From Octopus sinensis (lineage: Eukaryota): 64,000 nt of DNA. Every line of letters starts with the position of its first letter. The first letter of the stretch is position 1. This document shows, in pieces, positions 24,598-36,659 of this stretch. The notes below the pieces were generated by a model. That model searched no databases. It was not told the origin of the DNA and saw only the letters and a program-made list of their open reading frames with translations. The stretch covers positions 18,364,464 to 18,428,463 of the forward strand of contig NC_043011.1 in NCBI RefSeq assembly GCF_006345805.1. Direction: 5' to 3'. The position numbers were made by a program, and so were the translations under genes.

Positions 24598-25890
24598 GTT
24601 ACCACTGTCAGCACAGCACTGGATGTTCTGGCATAAGTTCTGCCAGTAGATGTTGGCGCAATTCTGGCCGTCCTCTGGGCGTCGCTTCTGGCTGTTCTCA
24701 GAGTAGTCAGGTTCTTTTCTGATGGGTCGCGCTTATAGTTGACCAGTGCTTCCCTCTTGGCAGCAATGACAGGCTCCATCTCAGGCAGGTGAGCTTCAAA
24801 CCAGTCTTGATTTCTCCGCTCCCTCTTTCCTAGGGATGACATGGCTATTCTGCAAGTGGTGTCGCGAATAATCTGCCATCTGTCCTCGATGGACGTGGCT
24901 GCGTGATCTTTAAGGGCCTCCTCCATGCGGTTGGTGAATTCCGAGCGGAGATCGGGGTTGGTTGTCCTGGCGGTGTTGATGCGTGGGCGACTTTTCCCTA
25001 CGGGACGGTTGATTTTCTTTGGGGCCAATCGGACCCTGCTGCACACCAAAGAGTGGTCTGTATCACAGTCAGCACCATGGTAGCTGCGTGGGAGAAGCAC
25101 ACTGCCGAGGTGGGCTCGCCGGGTGATGACCATGTCCAGTTGGTGCCAGTGTCCGGACCTTGGGTGCCTCCATGAGACCTGGTGATGCGGCTTAGTCATG
25201 AAGAATGTGTTGGAAACGCAGAGTTTCCGGTAAGAGCAAAGCTCCAACAGTCTCTGGCCATTCTCATTCACCTTCCCCACGCCAAAGCGTCCAAGGCAAT
25301 CTGGCCATGCCCCATGATCGGATCCCACCCTTGCGTTGAAGTCGCCCAGAAGGAAGATGGGCTTTGACCCTGGTATCTGGCTGATGGTGGCGTCGAGCTC
25401 CTCATAGAACCGGTCTTTTATTTCCTGAGGAGAGTGGAGTGTTGGGGCATAAGCACTAATTATGTTTGCCTTCCCCGTTGATGTTGCAAGGTTAAGAGTG
25501 AGGATGCGCTCTGAGCCATTTGAAGGAGGGATCACCATGGGGAGCAAGCTGTTCCTCACGGCAAACCCCACGCCATGCTGGCAGGCCTCCTCGACGGGTC
25601 TCCCCTGCCAGTAGAAGGTGTAGTCCTTCTCCCCTTAGCATGCTGTCTGCGGCGAGCCTGGTCTCTTGCAGCGCCGCTATGTCGATGTTCAGCCTTTTCA
25701 ATTCGGTGTTGATGACTGCTGTCTTCCTACTGTCGTTCATCTGTCGTAGATCGTCAATGATGCCAGGGCACATGGTCCTGACATTCCAGGTGGCCAGTCG
25801 CAAGACTGGTGACTGGGTGTTTGTTTTCCCTTTGTTTGCTGGTGCAGGGTTTTCAGTCTGCTTTTCAGATTTTGTCCTAGCTCCAAGCAC
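24594..25890 (-). CDS. RTE ORF: AP endonuclease, split from itself and from the RT by two 1-nt frameshifts
   Basis: LATWNVRT, AALQETR, GVGFAVR, SAYAPT, LLGDFNARVG, NGQRLLELC, QLD, DTDH. One extra G in the run at ~25631-25634; one base missing at ~24662. Confidence 0.9.
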
Positions 25891-26433
25891 CCATTGAAGC
25901 GGGCAGTCTGTGGCGGGTCAGCACCATTATTGGCCGGGGGCTGCCCAGCTTAAAGCGGGCGGTAGCTGACCAGTGGGACTTAAATGATCCCTCCCACCGT
26001 TAGAGACGGCCCGTAGCGCCCGGAAGTACGCCAATTCACCCTGGCTTATAACTCGTGACTGCCATCTCAGCTTGTTCCATCGATGGAGTAGTTTCTCCAT
26101 GGCGCAAGCCTGGGCGGTAGAAACGAAGACACTGGGCTGCCCAGACACCAGAATCTCCCTCTCGACCCCCCAGACATAATCCAAAGGAATGCAGTGCAGT
26201 ACGTTTGGAATCTAATTGGCTGCAGGAGTTGCCGGGAAGGGGTCGAGATTCGACACCCTACCGCCTTCGGGGCTCCACTCCGGATTTTCTGTCTGGGTTT
26301 ACTCCCATAGCCTTTCCCTCTCCCAAGAGCATCCGCAAGGCAGCGGAGCGAGGGTTTGGAGTCAGAGTTTTCCTTCTCCTAGACTGGCTGCCAACCAAGG
26401 CTAACGAGCCCAGTCTGCCCACCTGGTTATACC

Positions 26434-26489
<56 letters not shown>

Positions 26490-26499
26490 ACATACGTAG

Positions 26500-26547
26500 A
26501 TAGATAGATAGACAGACGAACAGATAGATAGATAGATAGATAGATAT

Positions 26548-26612
<65 letters not shown>

Positions 26613-26632
26613 CAGAGAGACAGACAGACAGA
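26500..26632. repeat. (AGAT)n/(AGAC)n microsatellite
   Basis: Direct inspection. Confidence 0.95.
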
Positions 26633-27372
26633 CAAAGTGAGACTCAGAGAGTGGTGAAACATCCCCTGTTCTATTAAATGACTGAGAGAAAATTTTATTA
26701 GGCAGAAAAGAAAGAATTGATAATGAAAGTAGATATGAAATGTATGTAAAATTAACAATTGTTAGAAAAAATACGTAAGAATAAAGTAGTGAGAGATCAG
26801 CGATAAACTTAATAAGTTATTAGTATTTTTGATTTTAAAACATTGAGAGGAAAATATTGAGTAATTAGTATGAAAATCACAATAAAAAGATGTAAATATT
26901 AATATATAAACAAATACAATTAAATTTTTGAAAAACAAATTAATAAATTTTCTGTTTGAAAAACCTAATGAGAGGAACTTTCAATATTATATTTGAAATT
27001 ACGAAGATATCTTTGAAAGAATGTATTTATAATTTTAACTGTAATTTTCATTAGACACCGTTATTATATCAGTAAACGATTTAAATAAGGAAGAGTTGTA
27101 GGCTTGATTCAATTATCAAATATACAATTTATATAACTAATTATTTGTAAAGTGTGTATTTAAGCGCTGAGAGAAGAGTTATGTAAGCTAAAACTATGTA
27201 TATTCCTTTAAATTTAAATGTTTTCAATGTTAAAAAAAAACTCGCAGCCTGATGACGTTATGTACTCTCTAAAGATAGTTCCTTATATTAACGTTTACGT
27301 AGGCAAAAATTCTAACTCAACTACAGTAGCTTAGTATACTTAAGAACTGAAATATAATGCTATGTCAGTTTA

Positions 27373-27603
27373 AGGCGGCGAGCTGGCAGAAACGTTAGCA
27401 CGTCAGGCGAAATGCTTAGCGGTAGTTCGTCTTCCGCTACGTTCTGAGTTCAAATTCCGCCGAGGTCGACTTTGCCTTTCATCCTTTCGGGGTCGATTAA
27501 ATAAGTACCAGTTACGCACTGGGGTCGATGTAATCGACTTAATCCGTGTGTCTCTCCTTGTTTGTTCCCTCTATGTTTAGCCCCTTGTGGGTAGTAAAGA
27601 AAT
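27373..27603 (+). mobile_element. SINE family B, complete, with a 20-bp target-site duplication
   Basis: TSD atataatgctatgtcagttt (27352-27371) / atataatactatgtcagttt (27604-27623), one mismatch. Confidence 0.9.
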
Positions 27604-27781
27604 ATATAATACTATGTCAGTTTCCTCGGTTGTATGCTATTGTTTGGCCACGGGCTCGAAAATTATAACTGATATATTTCAGAACAAGTAATATTCATAG
27701 TACCATAATTTGTGATTATACTTTTGATTAGATCGAAGTACGTTATCATAGACGTTCCTTCTACGAACTCACCAATATCTG

Positions 27782-28011
27782 TTTCTTTATTACCCACAAG
27801 GGGCTAAACACAGAGAGGACAAACAAGGACAGACAAACGGATTAAGTCGGTTACATCGACCCCAGTGCGTAACTGATACTTAATTTATTGACCCCGAAAT
27901 GATGAAAGGCAAAGTCGACCTCGGCGGAATTTGAACACAGAACGTAACTGCAGACGAAATATGGCTACGCATTTTGCCCGGCGTGCTAACGTTTCTGCCA
28001 GCTCGCCGCCT
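27782..28011 (-). mobile_element. SINE family B, complete, inverted relative to 27373-27603
   Basis: Reverse complement of the preceding copy along its length. Confidence 0.9.
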
Positions 28012-28342
28012 TCGAAGTCACCAATATCTTCACTCGAAATCTCTCATAGCAACTTTGTTTTTTCAACTATACGCATTAGCATTGATTGCACACAGATTAA
28101 TTTAATTAACACAGACGACATACGAGTTGTCTATGATACTTTCGGCAATATGACGAAACTTCAAACTCACTTGTATATGTCATACGCCATATATATTTTA
28201 TTTTCGGTTTTCATAGTTATTCCCTAAACACTTCCAGCAAAAATATGTTTATTTTTACACTGAGTAATAAATTGCCTGGCTAGTACTAAATATTTATTGT
28301 ATCTAGAAGACAAGAAGAATGTTGAATTCTAAGTTGCTAGTA

Positions 28343-28457
28343 TCTCTTACTTCTTTCAGTTTTTAGACAGCGGCCACGTTGGGGCAACGCCTTGAAGCAT
28401 CTATAGACGAATGAATCAACACCAGTACTGTTTTCTTAAGCCTGGTACTTATTCTAT
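28343..28457 (-). mobile_element. Isolated SINE family A 3' tail
   Basis: Reverse reads atagaataagtaccaggctt...gttgccccaacgtggccgctgtctaaaaactgaaag. Confidence 0.55.
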
Positions 28458-28493
28458 ATACAGACATACACACATACACACACACACACTCAC

Positions 28494-28524
<31 letters not shown>

Positions 28525-28529
28525 AATAA

Positions 28530-28777
28530 ATGCGCCCTTTTAAACCCTATTGAGGCTCATGATCCTAGTTTCCCGGTTTCTATGGGGTAAGTATCCCCCA
28601 TGTGGACGGGATGCCGGTCCATCGCAGCGTTACTCATTTTTGCCACTTGAGTGGACTGGAGCAACGTTAAATGAAGTGTTTTGCTGAAGAACACAACGCG
28701 TTGCCCGGTCCAGGAATCGAAACCAGAACCTTACGATCATGAGTTCAACACCCTAACCACTAACCCATGCGCCCCCA
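28530..28777 (-). mobile_element. tRNA-derived SINE, family D
   Basis: Reverse: ggggcgcatgggttagtggttagggtgttg (A box), ggtttcgattcc (B box), then gttgtgttcttcagcaaaacacttc...ccagtccactca, a CORE/V-type-like central segment. Confidence 0.7.
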
Positions 28778-28783
28778 ATATAT

Positions 28784-28964
<181 letters not shown>

Positions 28965-30189
28965 AGAGAGAGAGAGAGAGAGATTTACATATGTATACGA
29001 CAGGCTTACAGGCTTCTTTCAGTTTCAGTCTATCAAACCCATTAGCAAGGCTATTTTTTGATATTATTTCTCTTTTCTTGAATTAGCACGCATCCCCACA
29101 CTTTTGGAGTGGGGATGCATACATGCATGCATACATACTTTGGAGACGGGATGCTAAAACAATTTCATGTTCATTAGCTGGCAAACTTTATGGACCAAAC
29201 AAAAGTAAAGGAATTACTAGATGAGATTAACAGAAGTAACACATACTGTCGAGGTGATGTTTTTTTAATATTCTCTAAGATGAATATTGAGGATATAATG
29301 ATAGGAATAACAAAGACTATGCTGGAAGGAAAATGCATTAAGTTGTGCCATTGTGAGAAAACAAATTCTAATATTTTGAAACATATTTTCCATTTGTTTC
29401 TTTCTCGCAAACTGACATATTAAGCTAGATATGATTTAATGTTAGTAATATATATTTCTCTCTATTCCGTGACCACTCAAAGGTAACCGAAATAGGTACG
29501 TTGCAAGAAAGGTAAAACAAAGAACTAATGACATCTCATTGATACTCAGTTTGGTCATAGCTGAGTATATCTTGGTTATATGCTTACATTAAATCTACAT
29601 TTATCTTAAGTAAGAGTGCAGTATGAAGGGGACGATTTTCAGCCACACATGACTTTGTTTTGTTATAACTTCTGCAATAGGTTTATCACATTTACTTGCT
29701 ATAGAAACTTACCGTGCAAATACTCCATTAGATTTCATATATTAATTCTTATACTCATTGAAACATACGTAAATAGATACATACGTACATACACAGAGAG
29801 AAACACATGCATATATGCGTGTTTTTGTGAGTGTGTGCGTCTGTTTGTATTCAGAGCACAACGGAATTTTGGGGGTGATTTTGGAAACATGAAAGCCTTT
29901 TAGGAATACGTGTGCAAATGTATTTGTATACATATGAGTGAATACAAATGTGAATGACTAATATCCGCATTTCTGTTGCAACGTAGAACGGTAAAGTTAA
30001 AGTGACAGTCGCACAAAATTTCTCAATATTACATTATTTCTGATCCCCATTCGAATCGTATTCAATTAGCCTTAGAGTGTTTTCTAGGTGGTATGATGAT
30101 TCCTCATCTTGTACTGAATTCGATATGTCAGGTTTTCTCTCCCGAAAAATATATGCTAGTGGATTAATATTAACACCTATATCTATGAT

Positions 30190-30720
30190 TCGATTACCTG
30201 CTATGCTTTTAAGGCTATATGTTCTACCGCTATATTTATAGCAAACCCTAACTTCAAAGGGAACTTGTTATCTAAGGGCTTGCGTGTGCTTTGGACAATA
30301 TTGATTTGTAATTGATACGTAAGTGGCGTGAGAAAAACTTGGTGTGCTCCGTATCGGATCACAGCTGTTGGAAATGTGCAAATAAATTTGTACAAATTTG
30401 CACAGTTCCATGGATATAGTCATGATATCCCCATTAAATAACACTCTATCCTAGAAGGTAATGAATCATATCGAATAGGGAAGCCTGGATACACTATATT
30501 AATAAACTCACGGGAAAATTTTAGCTGTAAAGACTTTCAATATACACTGGTCTCATCGGAACTGGCCTTTGACTTTAAGTACATTTTCAAGTTCTTCGAC
30601 TGAAAGTCAATCACCCGATGCAATTGTACAGCAATTTTCAAATGTAAAAGAATGCAGTTATCTAATTCATAGAAACATACAACGAAATGTCACAGGAAAC
30701 TTCCAACAAATTGACTTAAC
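30190..30720 (-). mobile_element. Probable Helitron PIF1-type helicase relic
   Basis: FSREFINIVYPGFP resembles YP.EFLNSL.P.G.P; ~250 nt further on, NKFPLKLGFAINI resembles QFPLKLAFAMTI. Correct order; multiple stops. Confidence 0.45.
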
Positions 30721-31074
30721 TATGATTAGTAGTTTATTATTTTCATTTGCCTTACTAATACTGTAAAAATTTTACTAATGTACTTGTTAAAACAGATACA
30801 CAGCTGCTTTCAAGTAATGGCTAATAGCATACAGCATTTAAAACTAACGAAATTTATTAGGAATGTAGAACAAGTGGAATTTTAGAGGCCAAATTAACCA
30901 AGGAATGAATCCTTAATACACATATTAAAATGAATTAATCAAGCTTCGCCGGATTTCGTATCCATTTATCCTTCAGTATACAGATCTTTGTGCATGCAAA
31001 ATACCAATGTCCATAATATAAGGAAATTTAAGCAATTAATTTCTTGTGTTTTATATATATATATATATATACAT

Positions 31075-31457
31075 ATATTGTTAAAAACGGTAATATAACA
31101 AAAGAAAGAAAGATACCGCAATATTATGTAAATAGAGGAAATTTACATGTAAAATAATATGTGACAATTACTATTTTGAGTAATCTTTGATAACTCAAAG
31201 TCTTAAGATGAATTTAGTGCCATCCGAAAGACATGAGTCCAAGAACATTACACATTACACATTACAAAAATTAGTAAGAATACCATAACCAGGTAAATCT
31301 AAATTCCCTCCTTTTTCTTTATTTAGATTTTATTAATTTTTCATAATTTGCTACTTTGAGTAATCTTTGATAACTCACAGTCTTAAGATGAATTTAGTGG
31401 CATCCGAAACTCAGAGTTTTATCTTGGCTACCGAACAATTGTCACATAATATTTTAC

Positions 31458-31462
<5 letters not shown>
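31075..31462. mobile_element. (TA)n-bounded element with inverted termini and a ~180-bp internal direct repeat
   Basis: Arms aaaataatatgtgacaatt (~31151) / aattgtcacataatatttt (~31437). ttgagtaatctttgataactca.agtcttaagatgaatttagtg.catccgaaa occurs twice. A related stretch lies at 33385-33520. Confidence 0.6.
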
Positions 31463-31513
<51 letters not shown>

Positions 31514-32619
31514 TGTGACCTTAAACACATAAGAGATGGCCATAATAGGACACCTAACATGCTAGAAGGAGTAGTCAAAATCCAAAACACTATTAGGGTT
31601 AATTTCTACATGCTAGGCCACTGGTAGTAAAACATTTCTAAAATTTTTCCAGTCCTGATTCACCACTTTGAACAAGGAAATCTAACACCTTTTGTTGTAC
31701 AGTATATATAGCAGTTGCTGCAATGTGAGCGTAGAAATATTCAAAATCATTCTTTCGAATACAATATGGAAATTGTGCGCACACGCATTATGCGTATACA
31801 TGCGTATACAATGTCATTTAAGGAAAAAGAAAGCGAGCACTTGTTACACAAATATTCTTTAAGATATATCATGTCGTCACAGCTGTAACGAGATAATAGT
31901 TCAGTTGTTCTATATTCCATTTAGATGCTACTGAACACATAGATAATTTGCTGCCAACGTATCTTCTGTGTTAAGAAAAACAAGAAAGGCGACATCACTC
32001 ATTTTAGGATGTACAATGTAACGTAAAAGAAGCAAGATTGATATATCGTTAGGTTTATCCGGAAAATATTTCCCTTTTATCTGAGTGGATTCTAGCTGTC
32101 ATAAAAATAGTTACTGTGAATATGAATGCCCTATACTTGACTGAAGTGTGTGTACTGTGGTAATATTGTTACAGTATCAAAGAATTTTTGTGAGGAACAA
32201 AGATGTATTTTAATTAAAACTAACAATCCTGGCATCTATTCTAACAGATACTCTACAATTGAATAAACAAATGAAAACGTATCATTGAAACATACTAATT
32301 AGAAATAAATAAGCCAGGGTTTTGTTTTCAGAAATCTATTTAATAATAAACAAGTAAATCTTGATTAAACTGTCAGGTTTTAAAACTGTTCAGTTTCGTT
32401 AAATAATCTGATTTGCCATGCGAATATATCCTGGATTCCACATTATGCTATCATGTTTACTACAGTGATTGCGCGCCTAGTAATGAGCATGTGTGTTCTA
32501 TTCTTACGCACATAAATAAATTAACACACAATTGTCTGTATATTCATGTTCCCTTGTGAATACAAGAGAAATCCTGATATGAAGAGAAGAATAAACACTC
32601 AAACGAATGGGTGCAATTG

Positions 32620-32668
<49 letters not shown>

Positions 32669-32819
32669 CACCATACGGACACCATTTGCTCAGCCTACAT
32701 ATAAATCCCTCGTGATCCTTTCTGTTGCCCGAGCGCCAAATTATACATCTGCTTTTTGTTTATACACCTGCCTTCTTTTGTTTTTTCTGCAAACTTGAAC
32801 TATATATATATACTTCTAT

Positions 32820-32945
<126 letters not shown>

Positions 32946-32969
32946 TATAAGTATGTAAGTATATATGTA

Positions 32970-33004
<35 letters not shown>

Positions 33005-34619
33005 CTCTCTCTATGTATACATATATACGTAAGTATATAGATTTTTAAAAGGTTGAATGTGGATTCTTCCATTAATTGGAGTAGTAGTTTCCTAAGCTTT
33101 ATATCGTTGATTCTTTATACTTTACTTTGAATGTACTGATGTAAATTGGCGTAGATATGAAAGGTAATATAAGTATATTAAGTATATAAATTATGTTATA
33201 GTACGACGTTCGACATATTCGATCTTATTTTCCGTAAATACATGGGATTAGATTGTAATATGGATAAAATATATTTATTCATTTCGGTATACGAGCGTTT
33301 CATACAGAAAGACAATAAATTAATTTTAAGAATTTGTGTTGTCAAAGAGTACACATCAGTACAAAACTCGACTCGTGTTTTAAATAGACATGAGTCCAAG
33401 AACAATTACACATTACAAAAATTAGTAAGAATACCATATCCATGTCAATCTAAATCCCCCCCCCCTTTTTCTTTATTTAAATGTTATTACTTTTTCATAT
33501 TGTGCTAGTTTTAGTAATCTTTAAATGTATTGTCATGCTTTACGAAACAATCGTATATTGAAATGAATAAAAGAAGATTTTATTTCATATTTCCATATTA
33601 ACATATAATCTCCATTTACGAAAACTGTGATTGACTTTGTTGTCGAACTTCATTCTATAACTTAAATTATATACTTAAAATACTTTCTTATATATATATA
33701 TATAATAAATGTAGGGTGAACACTTGATAAGTGTAAGCACCTGTATACGCCAGCTAGTTGCAGAGGTGAGAGGGTAGCAGAGGTGAGAGGGTATATGTAT
33801 CAAATGAAATCAAAAACAGAACACAAAGGATGTCATACACTCAAACATACTCTCAAACTCACACAAATATACGCTCAAACCCTTACATATATAACAGATA
33901 TACTCGTTTGCAGAAGTATTTAAATACTTTCCAAATAAGGATTTTTAACACAATATCACATAAATATATTGAACCAGAGTTAACCTAGTTAGAATTTAGC
34001 AACCCCACAAAAAACATTTTTAAATTCCCTCTTCCACTTTATGCCTCTTCTGATCGAATAAAGCTATCCTCTACTAGTATATAGGATAATCTATTTTCTG
34101 AAACTCTACACAGGTCTTTCTATGTTTAAAATGTATCAGAAACATAGCAATACAATAAATGACCCCAGAACCATAGCATGAATAAGTTATTTGAAAATAA
34201 TATCTAATGACCAGTTCACTAACAGTTTATGATCCCTCATCTAGAATGAACGTTAACAAAGACTATGTAACACTGGATTCCTCTTTTCATTTACCCCGTA
34301 TAAATATGTACTATAACTCCATCTATTAAATGCACATAACTGCTGCATTACGTATGCAGCAGAAACGCGCCGTAATAGATGCTACTGTGAATATAATGAG
34401 AATAATACGGTAATAAAAATAAGGCAACTGAAGATATATAATTCCCCGTCATTTATGATGCCTTGATTATATACCCAGATTTCTGTATCAAATCAGGATT
34501 TACCTACTGAGTACCGTGTCAGTGGTTATAGTAATTGATAATTATAGATAATTCGCTATCACTCGACGTGACATCTCACATCTGAGGAATTACGCCGAGT
34601 GATAGCGAATGTCAGCAAT

Positions 34620-35350
34620 ATGTATATGAAATTAGTGTAAATTTAAACACAAAAGAGGTAACCTGAACAGGACGCCTTACATGATACAAGGAAGAGACAA
34701 CGTCCAAACCACGGCTAAGAACAACTTCGAAGGGAATTAAAAATAAATAAAAGAAATAAGTGGAAATTTTAGCGGTGAGCATGTTAAATTATAAGTCACC
34801 AAAAGAGAATGACTCTCCTCAGACACAACGCATATGCTTCAACACACTAACACACATGAATAATTTTGCAAACCAAATCCAAAAACGAATGAAAATCAAA
34901 ACCTTTACCATATTTTTCTGCCGGACCACGGATTCGAAAATTTAATTAGCAAATAAAATAATTTACCAGGGAAAGTTCTCATCAGCGGATGAGACAAAAT
35001 AGCATATGCCTCATCTTTATATATTATAGATTTTCGAATCCACTGCGCGGGCGCAGTTTTAGTCGGCTACAAGTGAAATATTCGACTTACTAAAATCATA
35101 TTAAGCAAACGATACAGGGTAGGAATATTATACAAAATTTTTCTACTAGTGGCCTACCATGTATAAAATAGTCAATTAAAAGTTCGAACTCTAGGTCCGG
35201 CAGAAAAAATATGGTAAATGTTTTTACTTTTCACTCTCTTCGAAATTGCTCTTAACCGTGGTTTGGACTTTCACTGTTCCTTCTAGCATGTAAGGCGTAC
35301 TGTTAAGGTAACCTCTTTTGTGTTTAAATATACACTAATTTTATATGATA
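34620..35350. repeat. Diverged fold-back structure (two pairs of inverted arms)
   Basis: 34623-34720 pairs with 35251-35347, and 34895-34927 with 35194-35225. 34765-34890 is a repeat also seen at 45890-46015. Confidence 0.6.
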
Positions 35351-35569
35351 TGTTGTCTATTAACTATGTTATACATGCTAGGCTACTGGTAGAAAACATT
35401 CTATTATTTTCCTACCCTGTACAATTTTCTTCATATATATATATATATATATAGAAAATAGTAAAAAGTGAAAAAACTACAGAAGGCTTAAAGGTTAAAA
35501 AATATATATATTTGCGTCAATATGTCTGAACAATATTAATTTTTTTTTCCTTACAATGACATAGTTTAG

Positions 35570-35608
35570 AAGAAAGACCGGTTTCGCGTTTAGCTTTTCA
35601 AATTTCTT
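35570..35608 (-). ncRNA. Minimal type I hammerhead with U3-A8 variant core, 3' of the PLE ORF
   Basis: aagaaa-(t)-TTGAAAA-gc-taaac-gc-GAA-accggt-C-tttctt: 6-bp stem I, palindromic stem III, GUC triplet. Confidence 0.5.
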
Positions 35609-35717
35609 ACGACGTTATGTTTATGTTGAATAGAGTTATCGTTATGTTTATGTTTAAAAGAGTTCTAAATAAGGGGAGGTAATGAGTGATTTCTTCCGGT
35701 GTAAGGGAGATAATCGC

Positions 35718-36500
35718 TTAATTTTGTTTTCCTTTCCCTTGGTGTGAATTTCTCTGTATCAGTATGTTGGCATGGTTAAGTCTGGGCTTGTACTTTTCAA
35801 TGAAGAATGTTTCCTTGTTTAGTCTAATTTGTGTTGATGATCCGATAGCATATTGGTAAAATGGAAAGATTAAAAATTGTGGTAGTAGTTGCTTTGCGCA
35901 TTTCTCAATGTGCTCACTAAAAGGTATCATTCTGTATTCTGGGAATGCAATCTGTTGTCGATGCAGTGTGCATCTACGTCTGAGTGATAGTCCCGTGGAT
36001 CCCACGTAGTCTTGGTGGCAGCAAATTATGCTTTCAGAGGCACAAGTAAAGTTAGATTTGATCTTGAATTTCTGTCCCTCTTTAAAGAGGAATTCTGATC
36101 CTTCTAGCAGGTTTGGACATGTTGCACAGTTCGATCTACGACATTTTTTTACTTTTGCATCTGTAATTTCAGAAAGCAGTTTTGCCTTTGTGTGAATTTG
36201 TTTGAGTGTTTTAGGTTGTTTGTAGCTTTTAATGATTTGGTGTATGTTTAGAATTTCCTGTAATTTGGGGTCCTTATGAAGTATTGGTAAATTCTGGGTG
36301 ATGATGGTGAAGGCTTCTTTGTTTCTGGGGTTGTATGTAGATATGTAAGGTAGTATTTTCGGGGAAGGTGTGTTGTTGTGTGGAACTTTTCTTAAAGTTT
36401 CTATGTTGATTTCTGTTGCACATCTGATCCCATCCTCTATGAGTTGAGCTGGGTAATGTCTGTCAATTAGGGTGTTTTTGAGTTCTTGTAGTTCTTGCAC
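35718..36500 (-). CDS. Penelope-like element ORF, 5'-truncated: RT thumb end, Cys-rich linker, GIY-YIG endonuclease (Neptune-like layout)
   Basis: LQELKNTLIDRHYP...LPYISTYNPRN; KCRRSNCATC; NFTCASESIICCHQDYVGSTGLSLRRRCTLHRQQI (first GIY strand shortened); RLNKETFFIEKYKPRLN. 260 codons with no stop. Confidence 0.85.
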   Translation of the reverse strand: MQELQELKNTLIDRHYPAQLIEDGIRCATEINIETLRKVPHNNTPSPKILPYISTYNPRNKEAFTIITQNLPILHKDPKLQEILNIHQIIKSYKQPKTLKQIHTKAKLLSEITDAKVKKCRRSNCATCPNLLEGSEFLFKEGQKFKIKSNFTCASESIICCHQDYVGSTGLSLRRRCTLHRQQIAFPEYRMIPFSEHIEKCAKQLLPQFLIFPFYQYAIGSSTQIRLNKETFFIEKYKPRLNHANILIQRNSHQGKGKQN

Positions 36501-36544
36501 TGATGTAGAAAAACTGTCTTTCAGACAGTGTTTCTACATCAGTG
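36498..36544. repeat. 47-nt near-perfect hairpin at the truncation point of the PLE ORF
   Basis: cactgatgtagaaa-a-actgtct-ttc-agacagt-g-tttctacatcagtg (14-bp plus 7-bp stems). Confidence 0.9.
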
Positions 36545-36614
36545 ACAGTGGTTGCTGTGAAAAACGTTATATATTATTTGCAAGGGGACTCCTTCATCGA
36601 AGATCGGTGCTTAC

Positions 36615-36659
36615 CATGCGTTGACGAGAGGCAATTACCTTGAAACTATAGTCCGTATG
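36615..36659 (+). ncRNA. Type I hammerhead, U3.G8 core
   Basis: catgcg-TTGACGA-gagg-caatta-cctt-GAA-actatagt-C-cgtatg: 6-bp stem I, 8-nt palindromic stem III, GUC triplet. Confidence 0.65.

Larger units (their letters stand above)
22587..26437 (-). mobile_element. Full-length RTE-clade LINE (~3.85 kb)
   Basis: 5' UTR of ~550 bp, AP endonuclease, RT and a C-terminal CxxC..HxxxC motif, short 3' UTR. TA-rich sequence at both ends. Visibly much more GC-rich than the flanks. Confidence 0.95.

Noticed and set aside
26381-26416. Possible HDV-like ribozyme at the RTE 5' end (agactgg/ccagtct helix enclosing gcc/ggc)
   Set aside because: Some RTEs have one, but I could not find P2 or the P1.1 pairing, so only a hairpin is supported. 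A descriptor search would settle it.
22666-26507. Plus-strand and alternative-frame ORFs overlapping the RTE
   Set aside because: Expected shadows of a GC-rich coding sequence; no recognisable domains.
29190-29423. 77-aa ATG ORF MDQTKVKELLDEINRS...
   Set aside because: No recognisable motif, no clear splice context, and short.
34340-34362. 9-bp hairpin ctgctgcat-tacgt-atgcagcag (and similar short hairpins at 29087-29115 and 39305-39325)
   Set aside because: Isolated short stems with no supporting context; expected at some frequency in repeat-rich DNA.
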